The notes under the pieces are model-generated. The model did no database searches, had not been told where the DNA came from, and saw only the letters and a program-made list of their open reading frames with translations. This document shows positions 9,472-20,883 of a stretch of DNA of 64,000 nucleotides, one piece after another. The position numbers and the translations under genes were made by a program. Position 1 is the stretch's first letter, and each line of letters starts with the position of its first letter. The stretch is taken from NCBI GenBank assembly GCA_963767925.1, contig CAVYGB010000008.1, forward strand, positions 1,760,001-1,824,000. The letters are read 5' to 3'. Source of the DNA: an uncultured delta proteobacterium (GTDB lineage: Bacteria; Myxococcota_A; Polyangia; Fen-1088).

Positions 9472-10736
9472 CAGGGCCCCCTTCCCGGCAAACGCGGCAG
9501 GATGCCGGCCCAGACCTGCTCGGCCAGGGCCACCTTGCTGGCGGGGCCGAGGGCGGTGGTGGCGCCGTCGGCGTGCACCAGGGTGACCGCGTTCTCGTCG
9601 CTGCCGAAGCCGAGGCCGGGCTGGCCCACGTCGTTGGCCACCACGAGGTCGCAGCCCTTCTCCCGGAGCTTGGCCGTCGCCCTGGCCACGAGCTGGTCCG
9701 CGGTCAGGCCCGTCTCGGCGGCGAAGCCGACCAGGAAGGGGGTCGCGCCGCGCCGGTGGGCGCCGAGGGTCGCCAGGAGATCCGGATTGGCGACGAGGGC
9801 GAGCGTGAGGCCCTCGGCCGGCGCCCCGGCCCGGGGCGCCCGACGGGCGAGCTTGCCGGGGTGGCGGGCTGCCGGTCGAAAATCGGCGACCGCCGCCGCC
9901 ATCACGACGACGTCGGCCTTCGCGGCGGCGGCCTCCAGCGCGGCCTGCATCTCGAGGGCGCTCTCAACGTCGACGCGCCGGCCGACGCCGGCGGGCGTGG
10001 CCAGGGCCACCGGTCCGGCGATCAGCGTGACGTCGGCGCCCAGGCTGGCGGCCGCGCCGGCCAGCGCGAAGCCCATCTTCCCCGAGGAGCGGTTGCCGAG
10101 AAAGCGGACGTCGTCGACAGCCTCGAAGGTGGGACCCGCGGTGACCACGACCCCCTTGCCGGCGAGCGGGCGCCCGGGCGCCGCCCGACCCAGGATGGCC
10201 TCGGCCTCGGCCACCACCTCGGAGGGGTCCACCAGCCGGCCCGCGCCAATCCACCCGCAGGCCAGCTCGCCCCGGTCCGGTCCGACCGTGCTCACCCGCC
10301 CGGTGCCCACCAGGCGGCGGAGGTTGTCCCTCGTGAGAGGGTGCTCCCACATGTTCACGTTCATGGCCGGCGCCAGGAGGATGGGCGCCCGCGTGGCCAG
10401 CACGACCGCGGCCAGCAGATCGTCGGCCATCCCGGCCGCCATCCGGGCGATGGCATCGGCGGTGGCGGGGGCAATCACGACGAGATCGGCCTCGTCCGCC
10501 AGGCGGATGTGCCCGACGTCGGCCTCCTGAGTGAGGTCGAACAGCTCGCGCGCCACCGGGTGACCGGTGAGGGTCTGCAACGTCAGGGGGGTGATGAATT
10601 CGCACGCCGCCCGCGTCATCACGACGCGCACCTCGGCCCCCGCCTTGCGCAGGAGCCGGCACAGCTCGGCGGCCTTGTAGGCCGAGATGCCCCCCGTGAC
10701 CCCGAGGAGGATGCTCTTTCCAACGAGCGCGGGCAC
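9471..10736 (-). CDS. coaBC: Bifunctional phosphopantothenoylcysteine decarboxylase / phosphopantothenate--cysteine ligase
   Basis: GVTGGISAYKA, APAMNVNMW, VTAGPTFE, NRSSGKMG, AAVADF, VGFAAET and VVANDV. Confidence 0.97.
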   Translation of the reverse strand: MPALVGKSILLGVTGGISAYKAAELCRLLRKAGAEVRVVMTRAACEFITPLTLQTLTGHPVARELFDLTQEADVGHIRLADEADLVVIAPATADAIARMAAGMADDLLAAVVLATRAPILLAPAMNVNMWEHPLTRDNLRRLVGTGRVSTVGPDRGELACGWIGAGRLVDPSEVVAEAEAILGRAAPGRPLAGKGVVVTAGPTFEAVDDVRFLGNRSSGKMGFALAGAAASLGADVTLIAGPVALATPAGVGRRVDVESALEMQAALEAAAAKADVVVMAAAVADFRPAARHPGKLARRAPRAGAPAEGLTLALVANPDLLATLGAHRRGATPFLVGFAAETGLTADQLVARATAKLREKGCDLVVANDVGQPGLGFGSDENAVTLVHADGATTALGPASKVALAEQVWAGILPRLPGRGP

Positions 10737-10765
10737 CGCCTGTCGACTCTAGCAAGGCTCGCGCC

Positions 10766-10787
10766 CGCCGTCAGCCGGCTGACGGCG
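10766..10787. terminator. 22-bp perfect palindrome just after a stop codon (possible terminator or stabiliser hairpin)
   Basis: CGCCGTCAGCCGGCTGACGGCG follows the TAG of the 10788-11468 gene; no U-tract. Confidence 0.45.
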
Positions 10788-11464
10788 CTACTGTCGCGCT
10801 TGCCACTCGCCGTACACGCGGGCGGCGCCCATGTGGCGCTGTCGATGCCAGCGCAGGTGAAGCCGCGAGAGCTGGAAGACCAGCTCCCCGCCGGGCGTGC
10901 CCGCGGCCGACCCGGCCTTCAGGAGGGCGAGGACCTGCTCGCGCGCGTCGCGGGGATGAAAGAGGAAGCTCTTGCCAAACAGCACGCCCTGGGCGCTCGC
11001 GACAACCCGGCCCTCCAGGATATCGCCAGCCTGGAAGCCGACTGTGCTGCGTCGCTCGCTCACCGAGAAGCGAGCGCCGCCGATCAGGTCACGAACCGAC
11101 AGCTGCCCCGCCTGGACGGACTCGATCTCGAACAGGCTGCGGTGGCTCGCCACGAGGTGGGCCAGGGCCAGCCGGTCGGCCTGGGGCAACGCCGTCCCCT
11201 CGCTCTCGAGCCAGCGGAGAGCGGGGGTGGCAGTCTGACCGCCGAAGGGGCGCTCGAGCACGTACCACTCGAGGAACGAAGCCATGCGGGCCTCGAACAA
11301 CTCGCCGTCGTCCTCGAAGATGCGACCGGCCTGCGCGAAGTACTCCTCCCGGGCCGAGGCAGCCTCGGCCCCGTGGGGCTCGGCGCCGTAGCGGGTCACC
11401 AGCCGCTCCAGCAGGCCGTAGACCTGACCGGCCTCGGCGGCGGAGCCAGGGGTCTCGAGCGCGC

Positions 11465-11468
<4 letters not shown>
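10788..11468 (-). CDS. Hypothetical protein downstream of carA
   Basis: The GTG start overlaps the carA TGA (GTGA). Protein-like sequence [16 protein letters not shown]...FLEWYVLER...FLFHPRDAR. Confidence 0.8.
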
Positions 11469-12653
<1,185 letters not shown>

Positions 12654-12661
<8 letters not shown>

Positions 12662-13954
12662 CGGTCGAGTCCTCCTGGTGCACGATTCGCCCGCCCACGA
12701 TGGTTAACACGGCTCTACCGCGAAAAACACGCCCGGCAAAGGGGCTGTTCCTGGATTTGGAATGGAAACGGGACGGGTCGCAGCTCCAGGTTCGGTTCGG
12801 GTCGATGACGGTGATGTCAGCGGGGGCCCTGGCTGCCAGCGATCCCCCGGGGAGCCCCAGCACCCGGGCGGGGCGCGAGGTCAGCAGGGCGATGAGCGCC
12901 ATCGGCGACAGGAGCTGGCGATGGACCAGGTCCAGGCAGAGCGGGAGGGCGGTCTCGAGCCCCAGCATGCCGAAGGCGGCGTTCTCGAACTCCAGCTCCT
13001 TCTCGACCGAGGAGTGAGGGGCGTGGTCGGTGGCGATGGCGTCCACGGTGCCGTCGGTCAGCCCCTCGCACAGCGCTTCGATGTCGGCCATCGTGCGCAG
13101 GGGCGGGTTGCACTTGGTGAAGGTGTCGTATTCGGCGCAGGCCTGGTCGGTCAGGGTGAGGTGGTGGGGCGTCACCTCGCAGGTGACGGGCAGACCCCGG
13201 CGCTTGGCGTCGCGGACCAGACGCACCGATTCGGCGGCGCTGAGGTGGGCGACGTGGTAGCGGGCGCCCGTCAGCCGGACCAGCTCGAGGTCGCGCGCGA
13301 CCATCGACGTCTCGGCCGCCGCCGGCTGGGCCTTGATGCCCGTGCGGGCCGAGACCGCGCCCTCGTTCATGCTCCCCCCATCGGAGAGCTGCAGGTCTTC
13401 GCAGTGCTGGATCACGGTGAGTCCCAGGCCCCTGGCGTATTCGAGGGCCCGGCGCATGAGGTCGCCGTTGCTGACCGGCCGGCCGTCGTCGGAGACCGCG
13501 ACACAGCCGGCCTCTTTCAGCTCACCCATCTCGGCCAGCGTCTCGCCGTGAAGGCCTCGGGTGATGGCCCCGATCGGGTAGACCCGCGACCGCGCCGACC
13601 TCGCGCGCCCGCCGGACGATCAGCTCGGTCACCGACCGGTTGTCGTTGGGCGGCACGGTGTTGGGCATTGCACACACCGCGGTGAAGCCCCCGGCGGCGG
13701 CCGCGGCCGTGCCGGTGGCGATGTCTTCCTTGTATTCCTGCCCCGGCTCGCGCAGGTGGGTGTGAAGATCGATCAGCCCTGGAACAACCCAGCGGTCCCG
13801 CACGTCGATGCTCACGTATGTCCCCGTTGCTTCCGGCATCGATACCTGGACCGATCGCCTCGATGCGGCCGTCCCGCACGAGCAGGTCCGCTCGTTCATC
13901 GACATTTCGCGCGGGATCGATGACCCGGCCCCCACGCAGACAGATGGCGGACAT
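12654..13954 (-). CDS. pyrC: Dihydroorotase, split by two single-base frameshifts (about 13811 and 13589)
   Basis: ATG at 13954 ([14 protein letters not shown]). A second frame has [14 protein letters not shown] and AMPNT; a third has SDDG, HCED, HVAHLS, EVTPHH, NPPLR and ATDHAPH. The pieces join after removing one base at each site. Confidence 0.9.
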
Positions 13955-14095
13955 GAAGAGTAGCGATGAATACGGGCGGAGACTTCGCGGTGTCAAGCAC
14001 GGGGTTCGGGGGACCCCGGATTGGACCCCATCCCCTTCGTGCCCGCGGTTTTGCGGCCCAATGTCAGGTGGCCAGCCCGGGCGATCGTGAGCACA

Positions 14096-14542
14096 ATGTC
14101 GCACAGCATGCACATACTCTGTGGGATAGCGCTTCTTGCCACGCTGGCGGTGGGCTGCCGCAAGTCCGCGCCGCCGCCGGCGTTGCCGGACTCGGAGGCG
14201 AAGGCGCTGGCCGCCGCCGATCGACCGCGGACCAAGGAGGCCTGCGTCTCCTGCCAGGGTCGCTGGGGGATCCACGGCCTGGCCGAGGTCGAGACCTGCA
14301 TCTGCAAGACCCGGGATTCGGGGCGAAGCTGCCGGGATGGCGCCGATTGCGAGGGCCAGTGTCTGGCCGAGGCGGGCGGCTTCGTGGTGGTGGAGAAGGG
14401 GCCTCCGGCCAAGGGCTACTTCCGCGGGCACTGCTCCGAGTTCGACACAACCTTCGGCTGCAACCACATGATCCCCGAAGGGGTCAGCAAGAAGGGGCCG
14501 CAGCTCGCCGAGGAGGCCGCCGAGCAGATCTGCATCGACTGA
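14096..14542 (+). CDS. Cys-rich lipoprotein
   Basis: Lipobox LAVGC, mature part with many Cys (C..C.GRW, CIC.T.DSG.SC.D..DCEG.C). Start is 14096 or 14108. Confidence 0.75.
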   Translation: MSHSMHILCGIALLATLAVGCRKSAPPPALPDSEAKALAAADRPRTKEACVSCQGRWGIHGLAEVETCICKTRDSGRSCRDGADCEGQCLAEAGGFVVVEKGPPAKGYFRGHCSEFDTTFGCNHMIPEGVSKKGPQLAEEAAEQICID

Positions 14543-14596
14543 CGCTCCCCTGCGGCCCGGCGCGTCGGCTGCCGGGCGCCGACCGTGCGTGAGTCG

Positions 14597-14623
14597 GGAA
14601 CCGCGCCCCAGCGGCCGTGTGTA
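14597..14623 (+). promoter_or_regulatory. Possible ECF-type autoregulatory promoter
   Basis: GGAACC (14597-14602), 16 nt, GTGTA, shortly upstream of the sigma factor ATG. Confidence 0.35.
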
Positions 14624-14634
14624 AGGCTGGTGGG

Positions 14635-15213
14635 ATGGCGAACGAGCTGGATGAGCTGACGCTGGCTCGTGCCCGCCGGGGCGAGCCTTCGGCTCTCTCC
14701 GATCTCGTGCGCCGGTACGAAAAGTCGGTGTTCGCGCTGGTGGCCCGCCTGCTGTGCAGCCGGGCCCCGGCCGCGGTCGACGACGTTGCCCAGGAGGTCT
14801 TCATCCGGGTGATCCGCGGCATCCACCGCTTCGATCCGGCCGGCCCGGCCCGGCTGTCGACCTGGATACTCACCGTCACCACCCGCACCTGCCTCAATGC
14901 TATGCGGGGCCAGCGCCACCAGGACACCTGCCTCGATGGCCGGAGCGGCGATGGGCCGGCCCACGACCCGGCCGCCAGCCCCGAGCAGCTGGTGATCGAC
15001 CGCGAGCGGAGCGACCACATCGAATCGGCCATGGCCGCCTTGCCCGCCGAGATGCGGGCGGTCCTCGTCCTGCGCGCCTATCACGACCTCGACTACCCCG
15101 AGATCGCGGCGGCCCTCGAGCTCGAGGTGGGCACGGTGAAGTCGCGGCTGTCGCGCGCCCGGACCGCTCTGCGGGCGGCGCTGGCCCGGAACGAAGAGGA
15201 GCAAAGAACGTGA
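14635..15213 (+). CDS. ECF RNA polymerase sigma factor
   Basis: Region 2 DDVAQEVFIRV...LSTWIL and region 4 LDYPEIAAALELEVGTVKSRLSRAR. Confidence 0.95.
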   Translation: MANELDELTLARARRGEPSALSDLVRRYEKSVFALVARLLCSRAPAAVDDVAQEVFIRVIRGIHRFDPAGPARLSTWILTVTTRTCLNAMRGQRHQDTCLDGRSGDGPAHDPAASPEQLVIDRERSDHIESAMAALPAEMRAVLVLRAYHDLDYPEIAAALELEVGTVKSRLSRARTALRAALARNEEEQRT

Positions 15214-15563
15214 GCGCGACCCCCCAAGGACCTGACGAGTTCTCCCCGCTCGAGCGCGAGGCCCTCGCGCGCTGGCGAACACCCCTGCCCCCGGCGGACT
15301 TTGCCGCCCGAGTGCTGGCGCGCGTCGCCACCGAATCGGAGCGTACCCCCGCGCCGCGCGGACGCCTGGCGGTTGCCGCCTTCGCCTTGATCGTGATCGG
15401 CGGGGTGCTCTCGGTACGGAGCATGCTGGGCGGCGCTCCGGGGATGCCGATGCAGGAGCTGCCGGGGGGCTTCGACGCCGGCGCCCGGCCGGAGGTCCGC
15501 AGCGACGTCTGGCAGGACCTCCGCGCCGACAAGCTCGACGGGCTGGCGGGAAAATCGTCGTGA
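15210..15563 (+). CDS. Putative single-TM anti-sigma factor
   Basis: The GTG overlaps the sigma TGA. PPADFAARVLAR motif followed by one TM helix (LAVAAFALIVIGGVLSV). Confidence 0.75.
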   Translation: MSATPQGPDEFSPLEREALARWRTPLPPADFAARVLARVATESERTPAPRGRLAVAAFALIVIGGVLSVRSMLGGAPGMPMQELPGGFDAGARPEVRSDVWQDLRADKLDGLAGKSS

Positions 15564-17704
15564 GCTGCCGGCTGCCGGCGGCGGCGGCCCTGGCCCTGCT
15601 GGCCCTGGGGCTGGTCCTGCCGGGGCTGGGGCGGTTCGGGCTGTGGGAGCCCTGGGAGGTGCAGATCGCGGAGAGCGCGGCTGGCCTCGTCGGGCTCGGT
15701 GGGGGGCCGGGGTCGGCGGGCGGGATCCCGTCGCCGCAGGTGGTCCTGGCGGCGCTCGGCCTGCGCCTGTTCGGGCCGGGAGAGGCGGGCGCCCGGCTCC
15801 CCGGCGCCCTGCTGGCGCTCGCGACCCTCCTCGCTCTCGTCTGGGCGGCCTCGAGCCGGGGGCACCGGGCGGGGCTGACCGCGGGACTCGTGCTGGCATC
15901 AACGCCGCTGTTCCTCCTGCAAGCCCGCCAGCTCACCTCCGACATGGGGCTGCTGCTCGGCTCGGCGGTGGCACTGGGCGCCCTCGGCCGGCTGGCCGAC
16001 CCTGCTCCGGATGCGCGGCCCTGGCTCCCGGCCGCGCTGGCCGCCGCGGGCCTCGGGCTCGCCGGCGCCACCGGCGGCCTGCTGGTCGGGGTGGTGCCGC
16101 CGTGCCTGGCCTTCGGCGCGGCCTGGCTGCTCGGCGGCGGGTATCCCCGGGCGCGGTCGTTCCGGATCCTCGGCATCTCGGTCGCACTGGCCGGGGTGAC
16201 GCTCGCGCTCGCCGCGCTCCTGGCGCCCTACCGCGCCGGACAGTTCTCCGGGCTGCTGGGAGGAGCGCCCCTGTTCGGCCCCTCCGGGCGGACCTTCGAA
16301 TCGGCCTTCCGGGTGCTGGGGTTCGGGCTGTTTCCCTGGAGCGCGCTCGCGCTCTTCGCGGTGCTGGTTCCCCTCACCGAGCTCGAGGTCGACCCACCCG
16401 CCGCGGGCCGACCGGGCCGGGCCGGGCTGTTGCTGCCGGTCTTCTGCGTGGTGTTCGGGGTCGCCTGCGCCACCTTGCAGCAGCACCTCGTCGGCCAGGC
16501 GCGCCTGCCGGTCCTGCCGGCGGTGGCGCTGCTGCTGGGGTGGTGGCTGGCCGGACCGCCCGGGGTCCCCAACCGGGTGCTGGGGCTGGTCGTGGCGGCG
16601 GGGACCGCGCTGGTGGCCCGCGACCTCTGGCACGCGCCCGAGGAGCTCCTGTCGGTGCACCTGCCCGCGAAGATCACCTGGCCTCCTGGCTTCTCGCTGG
16701 GCCCGCTGTTCGCGCTGACCGGCGCCCTGGCTGCCGCCGCCGCCCTGGCCCGTCTGGTCCTGCCGGAGCCCGCGGGACCGGAGCGCTCGAGCCGGCTGGC
16801 GAGCCGGGCCCACCGGCTGGCCGCGCCGGTGCTCCTGGCCAGCGCGATCCTGTTTTCCGCCGGGCTCGCGCTCGGGGTGGTTCCGGCGCTGTCCCGGCAT
16901 CTCTCGCACAAGCGCCAGTACGAGACCTTCCGGGCGATGGCGGGGCCGGGCACGGCGCTGGCCTACTACCGCGTACCTCGATCGGGCGGCGGGCCGTTCG
17001 CCCTGCCCGCCGGGAGCCCGGTGCGCGAGGTCGCGAGCGCGGGCGAGCTGGCGGCTCGCTTCCGGGCCGATCCGGGGCTGTTCGCGCTGGTGCCCCGCCC
17101 GGAGCTGGCCTCGATCGACGACGCCTTCAGGCAGGTGGCCACGCCCTACGCGGTGGTGGACGCCTCCTCCACCCGGGTCCTGCTGCTGGCCGGCCGGCTG
17201 CCCGAAGGGGGGACCGACAAGAACCCCCTCGACGCGGTTCGATTCTTGGCCGCGATCGCGCGGCATCCGCCCTGGCCTCCGGCGAGCCGGCCGGCCTCCG
17301 CCCGGTTCGGCGACGCCATCGAGCTCCAGGGAGCGGACTTTCCCCCGACCGTCCGGCGACCCGGGAGCTTCCCGCTGGTCCTCCATTTCAGGGCGCTGAG
17401 CCGGCCGCCAGCGGGGTACCAGATCTTCGTCCACCTCGAGCAGCGGGGAACGCGCCTGCACGGAGACCACGCCCCCCTGGGAGGCCTCTTGCCCACCGAA
17501 CGCTGGCGGATAGGGGACCACCTGCGCGACGAGCACCGGGTCGTGGTGCCCCTGGTGACGGCCCCGGCGGGCGTCTACACCGTGTACGTCGGGTTCTGGC
17601 CGGGCGGACGCAGCCCCCGGCGGCTGCCGGTGACGGCGGGGACGGCGGGGACGACCAACGACGGCCGCGACCGGGTCGCCCTCGGGACAATACGGGTCGA
17701 GTAG
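15560..17704 (+). CDS. ArnT/PMT-like (GT-C) membrane glycosyltransferase with C-terminal extracytoplasmic domain
   Basis: [29 protein letters not shown] and many TM segments; soluble C-terminal domain YQIFVHLE...HGDH.P...WRIGD. Confidence 0.8.
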   Translation: MSCRLPAAAALALLALGLVLPGLGRFGLWEPWEVQIAESAAGLVGLGGGPGSAGGIPSPQVVLAALGLRLFGPGEAGARLPGALLALATLLALVWAASSRGHRAGLTAGLVLASTPLFLLQARQLTSDMGLLLGSAVALGALGRLADPAPDARPWLPAALAAAGLGLAGATGGLLVGVVPPCLAFGAAWLLGGGYPRARSFRILGISVALAGVTLALAALLAPYRAGQFSGLLGGAPLFGPSGRTFESAFRVLGFGLFPWSALALFAVLVPLTELEVDPPAAGRPGRAGLLLPVFCVVFGVACATLQQHLVGQARLPVLPAVALLLGWWLAGPPGVPNRVLGLVVAAGTALVARDLWHAPEELLSVHLPAKITWPPGFSLGPLFALTGALAAAAALARLVLPEPAGPERSSRLASRAHRLAAPVLLASAILFSAGLALGVVPALSRHLSHKRQYETFRAMAGPGTALAYYRVPRSGGGPFALPAGSPVREVASAGELAARFRADPGLFALVPRPELASIDDAFRQVATPYAVVDASSTRVLLLAGRLPEGGTDKNPLDAVRFLAAIARHPPWPPASRPASARFGDAIELQGADFPPTVRRPGSFPLVLHFRALSRPPAGYQIFVHLEQRGTRLHGDHAPLGGLLPTERWRIGDHLRDEHRVVVPLVTAPAGVYTVYVGFWPGGRSPRRLPVTAGTAGTTNDGRDRVALGTIRVE

Positions 17705-17711
17705 CCGGCCC

Positions 17712-18648
17712 TCATTCCTGGTCCTGGCCGCCGCCGAGGAGGTAGAGCACGGCCATCCGGATGGCCACGCCCCGGGCGACCTGTTCCAGGATGACGGCGC
17801 GCGGTCCGTCGGCGATGGCGGGATCGAGCTCGACGCCCCGGTTGATCGGCCCGGGGTGCAGGACGATGGCGTCCGGCTTGGCCAGGCGGAGGCGCCGCTC
17901 GTTCAGACCGAACAGCCGGGAGTATTCCCGCAGGTTGGGGAACCGCGCGGTCTGCTGCCGCTCCTTCTGGATCCGGAGCATCATGACCACGTCGGCCCCC
18001 TCGAGCGCCGGCTCGAGCCGGTCGTGGGCGGTCACCCCCAGCGTCTCGATGCCGACCGGGAGCAGGGTCCGGGGACCCGCCACCCGCACCTGCGGCGCCG
18101 AGCGCCCGCAGGGCATGGATGTTCGATCGGGCCACCCGGCTGTGGGTGATGTCGCCGCAGATGGCGACGACGAGCCCCTCGAACCGACCCTTGTGGGCCC
18201 GGATTGTCGAGCAGTCGAGCAGCGCCTGGGTGGGGTGCTCGTGGGCGCCGTCCCCCGCGTTGACCACCGAGGCCCGGATGTGGCGGGCCAACATGGCGGC
18301 CGCCCCCGCGAAGGCATGACGGATCACCACAACGTCGGGGCTCATGGCGTCGATGTTCCGGGCGGTGTCGAGCAGGGTCTCGCCCTTGGTGGTCGAGCTG
18401 GCCGAGCCAGAGATGTTCACCGCATCGGCCGAGAGGCGCTTGGCCGCGATCTCGAACGAGGTGCGGGTGCGGGTCGAGGGCTCGAGAAAGAGGTTCACAA
18501 CGGTCTTGCCCCGCAGGGTGGGGACCTTCTTGATGGGGCGCGAGGCGATCTCCAGGAAACGTTCGCCGAGGTCCATCACCTTCCGGAGCTCCGCTGCGTC
18601 GAGCCCTTCGGTCCCGAGCAGGTGGCGGTGGGACAGGCCGGCGCTCAT
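17712..18648 (-). CDS. pyrB: Aspartate carbamoyltransferase catalytic subunit, one frameshift near 18093
   Basis: [29 protein letters not shown] and [12 protein letters not shown]; the shifted frame has [18 protein letters not shown] and GVAIRMAVL. Confidence 0.93.
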
Positions 18649-19214
18649 GGCTGGATCCGCTGGCGAACTACCACCCGATCCGGCTCGCCCTTCTCCCGCA
18701 ACATGACCCGCACCGAGTCCCGCTCGGTGGTCTGGACGCGCACCCCGACGTAGTCGGGCTGGATGGGCAGCTCGCGGCGGCCCCTGTCGATCAGGGCGGC
18801 GAGCTGGACCGCCCGCGGGCGGCCGTAGTCGGCCAGGACGTCCATGGCCGCCCGCACGGTGCGGCCGGTGTAGAGGACGTCGTCCACAAGCACGACGGTC
18901 TTGCCGTCGATGGCGAGCGGCAGGTCGGTGGGACCGATCTCGGGCTTGGGCAGGCCCAGGAACACGTCGTCCCGGTAGAGGGTGATGTCGACGGCGCCCA
19001 GGGTGGGCCGGGCCTCCCCGGCCTGCATGAGGAGCTGCACCATGCGTTCGGCCAGGAAGGCGCCGCCCGTGCGGATGCCGACGAAGTAGGCCTCGGCCCC
19101 GTTGCGCTCGAAGATCTCGAAGGCCAGTCGGCGCAGCACGCGCGCCATCCCGACCGCGTCCAGGACCTCCGCTCGCTCGATGAGGTCCTTCTCGTCGGGG
19201 GAGGTCTTCACCAT
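18645..19214 (-). CDS. pyrR: Bifunctional pyr operon regulator / uracil phosphoribosyltransferase
   Basis: [23 protein letters not shown] and [15 protein letters not shown]. Confidence 0.97.
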   Translation of the reverse strand: MVKTSPDEKDLIERAEVLDAVGMARVLRRLAFEIFERNGAEAYFVGIRTGGAFLAERMVQLLMQAGEARPTLGAVDITLYRDDVFLGLPKPEIGPTDLPLAIDGKTVVLVDDVLYTGRTVRAAMDVLADYGRPRAVQLAALIDRGRRELPIQPDYVGVRVQTTERDSVRVMLREKGEPDRVVVRQRIQP

Positions 19215-19215
19215 G

Positions 19216-19935
19216 TCAGAAGTAGTAGCGGAGCTGCAGCCTCGTCACGAGGTCCCAGAGCGAGCGCGGCCCGCTGACCCCGAGGTTCCACTTGAGGGCG
19301 GTGGCGTTCGCGACCGGGTTCGGCTTGTTGTCCTTGGTGGCGTAGAGGAAGTTCAGCTCCAGGCCGCTGGACATCGAGACGCTGGCCGCGGGCAGCCCGA
19401 TCATGCCCAGGTGGACCTCACCTTCCACCAGGCCGCGGAGGTTCACGACGAAGCTCTTGCTCCCCTTGCCGCTGGGGAGGAAAAACAGCAGGTCGAGCTG
19501 GGGGGCCAGGCTGACCGCCAGGTGTTTCCAGTTGGCGAGGAGGAAGTTCGCCCCCAGCGTGGGCCCGAAGCCCAGGTAGGTGTCCCAGCTCTTGGTCTCG
19601 CCGGCCATGCGGCTCGAGCCGCCGCCCAGGCCGAGGGCGAGACCCACGGTCCAGGCGTAGTTGGCCTGCGACCAGCGGCGAAGCGACAGGGCATTGAGGT
19701 CCACCAGGCAGGGGTCGCCACAGCCGAGCTCCTGGCCCAGCGTCCGCTGGGCCGAGGTCACCGTGCGGGCCTCGACGCCCCAGGCGCCCACCACGGTGTC
19801 GTGGTCGGTGGCGGCGGCCGCCGGGGCCTGGGCCAGGGCCACACCCGGAAGGGACAAAGCCAGCGTGACCACCACCATCCCACAGAACATTTCGTGAAGG
19901 CGCAGGGAGGTGTGTTCCGGCTTCCGCTTCATCAT
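19216..19935 (-). CDS. Secreted protein, probable outer-membrane beta-barrel
   Basis: Signal peptide ending ALA-Q, alternating beta-strands, C-terminal LQLRYYF beta-signal. The start is uncertain. Confidence 0.7.
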   Translation of the reverse strand: MMKRKPEHTSLRLHEMFCGMVVVTLALSLPGVALAQAPAAAATDHDTVVGAWGVEARTVTSAQRTLGQELGCGDPCLVDLNALSLRRWSQANYAWTVGLALGLGGGSSRMAGETKSWDTYLGFGPTLGANFLLANWKHLAVSLAPQLDLLFFLPSGKGSKSFVVNLRGLVEGEVHLGMIGLPAASVSMSSGLELNFLYATKDNKPNPVANATALKWNLGVSGPRSLWDLVTRLQLRYYF

Positions 19936-20104
19936 GGGCGAAGGACCTTTCCGCAGGTTCTGAGTTCGGGGTCGAGGGCCGTTTTGGCCGCCGCAGATGA
20001 GGCCCCAGGCCGGGTCCGATGTCAAGGAGCGCAGATCCCGTCACCGCCGGGGCGCGAGCGGGCGTATGATCCAGCAGGAGCGGGCACCATCGCCCCGTCC
20101 GTCC

Positions 20105-20860
20105 ATGTCCACGACCGCCGCCCTGCCCGGCCCCACCGCTGCCATCCTCATCATCGGAGAGGAGATCCTCTCCGGGAAGGTCGAGGAGGAGAACGCCCGC
20201 TACCTCGTCCAGGAGCTGCGGGGGCTGGGGGTTCAGGTCCGGCGCATCGAGTTCCTGCCCGACGTCGAGGGAGAGATCGCCGCCTCGGTGCGAACGCTCT
20301 CGGAGCGCTTCGATCACGTCTTCACCTCGGGCGGGGTCGGCCCCACCCACGACGACGTCACCCTGCCCGCGGTGGCGAGCGCCTTCCAGATGCGGCTGCA
20401 GCGCCACCCCGACCTGGAGATGCTCATCCGCCGGGCGCTGGGGCCGCAGATGCACGATCGCGAGCTGCGCATGGCCGACATCCCCGACGGGGCCCGCCTG
20501 ATCTACGGCGATCCGCCCGATCCAACCCGCTGGCCGGTGGTGGTGGTCCACAACGTCTTCGTGCTGCCCGGCGTCCCCCAGATCTTCCGGCGCAAGTTCG
20601 ACGGCCTGCGTTCGCTGCTCCGCTCCGGTCCCATCTTCACCCGGGCCCTCTACTCCCGGGAGGGCGAGGGGCCCATCGCCGCCGCCCTTGACGAGGTGGT
20701 GGCCGAATTTCCCAGCGTCACGGTCGGCTCTTACCCCCGCCTCGATGCCTCGGACCACAAGGTCAAGATCACCCTCGACGGGCGCGACCTGGCCCTGGTC
20801 GAAAAGGCCCTGGCCCGCCTGAAAGAACGCCTGGGCCCGGCCGTCGTGCGAACCGATTGA
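20105..20860 (+). CDS. CinA-like molybdopterin-binding domain protein
   Basis: AAILIIGEEILSGKV.EEN, FTSGGVGPTHDDVT, VLPGVP and VGSYP. Confidence 0.9.
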   Translation: MSTTAALPGPTAAILIIGEEILSGKVEEENARYLVQELRGLGVQVRRIEFLPDVEGEIAASVRTLSERFDHVFTSGGVGPTHDDVTLPAVASAFQMRLQRHPDLEMLIRRALGPQMHDRELRMADIPDGARLIYGDPPDPTRWPVVVVHNVFVLPGVPQIFRRKFDGLRSLLRSGPIFTRALYSREGEGPIAAALDEVVAEFPSVTVGSYPRLDASDHKVKITLDGRDLALVEKALARLKERLGPAVVRTD

Positions 20861-20883
20861 AGTCGGGGTAGAACCCGCCGCCC

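Noticed and set aside
18645..20104. PyrR-binding attenuator
   Set aside because: No recognisable PyrR binding loop or U-tailed terminator upstream of pyrR, pyrB or the preceding gene.
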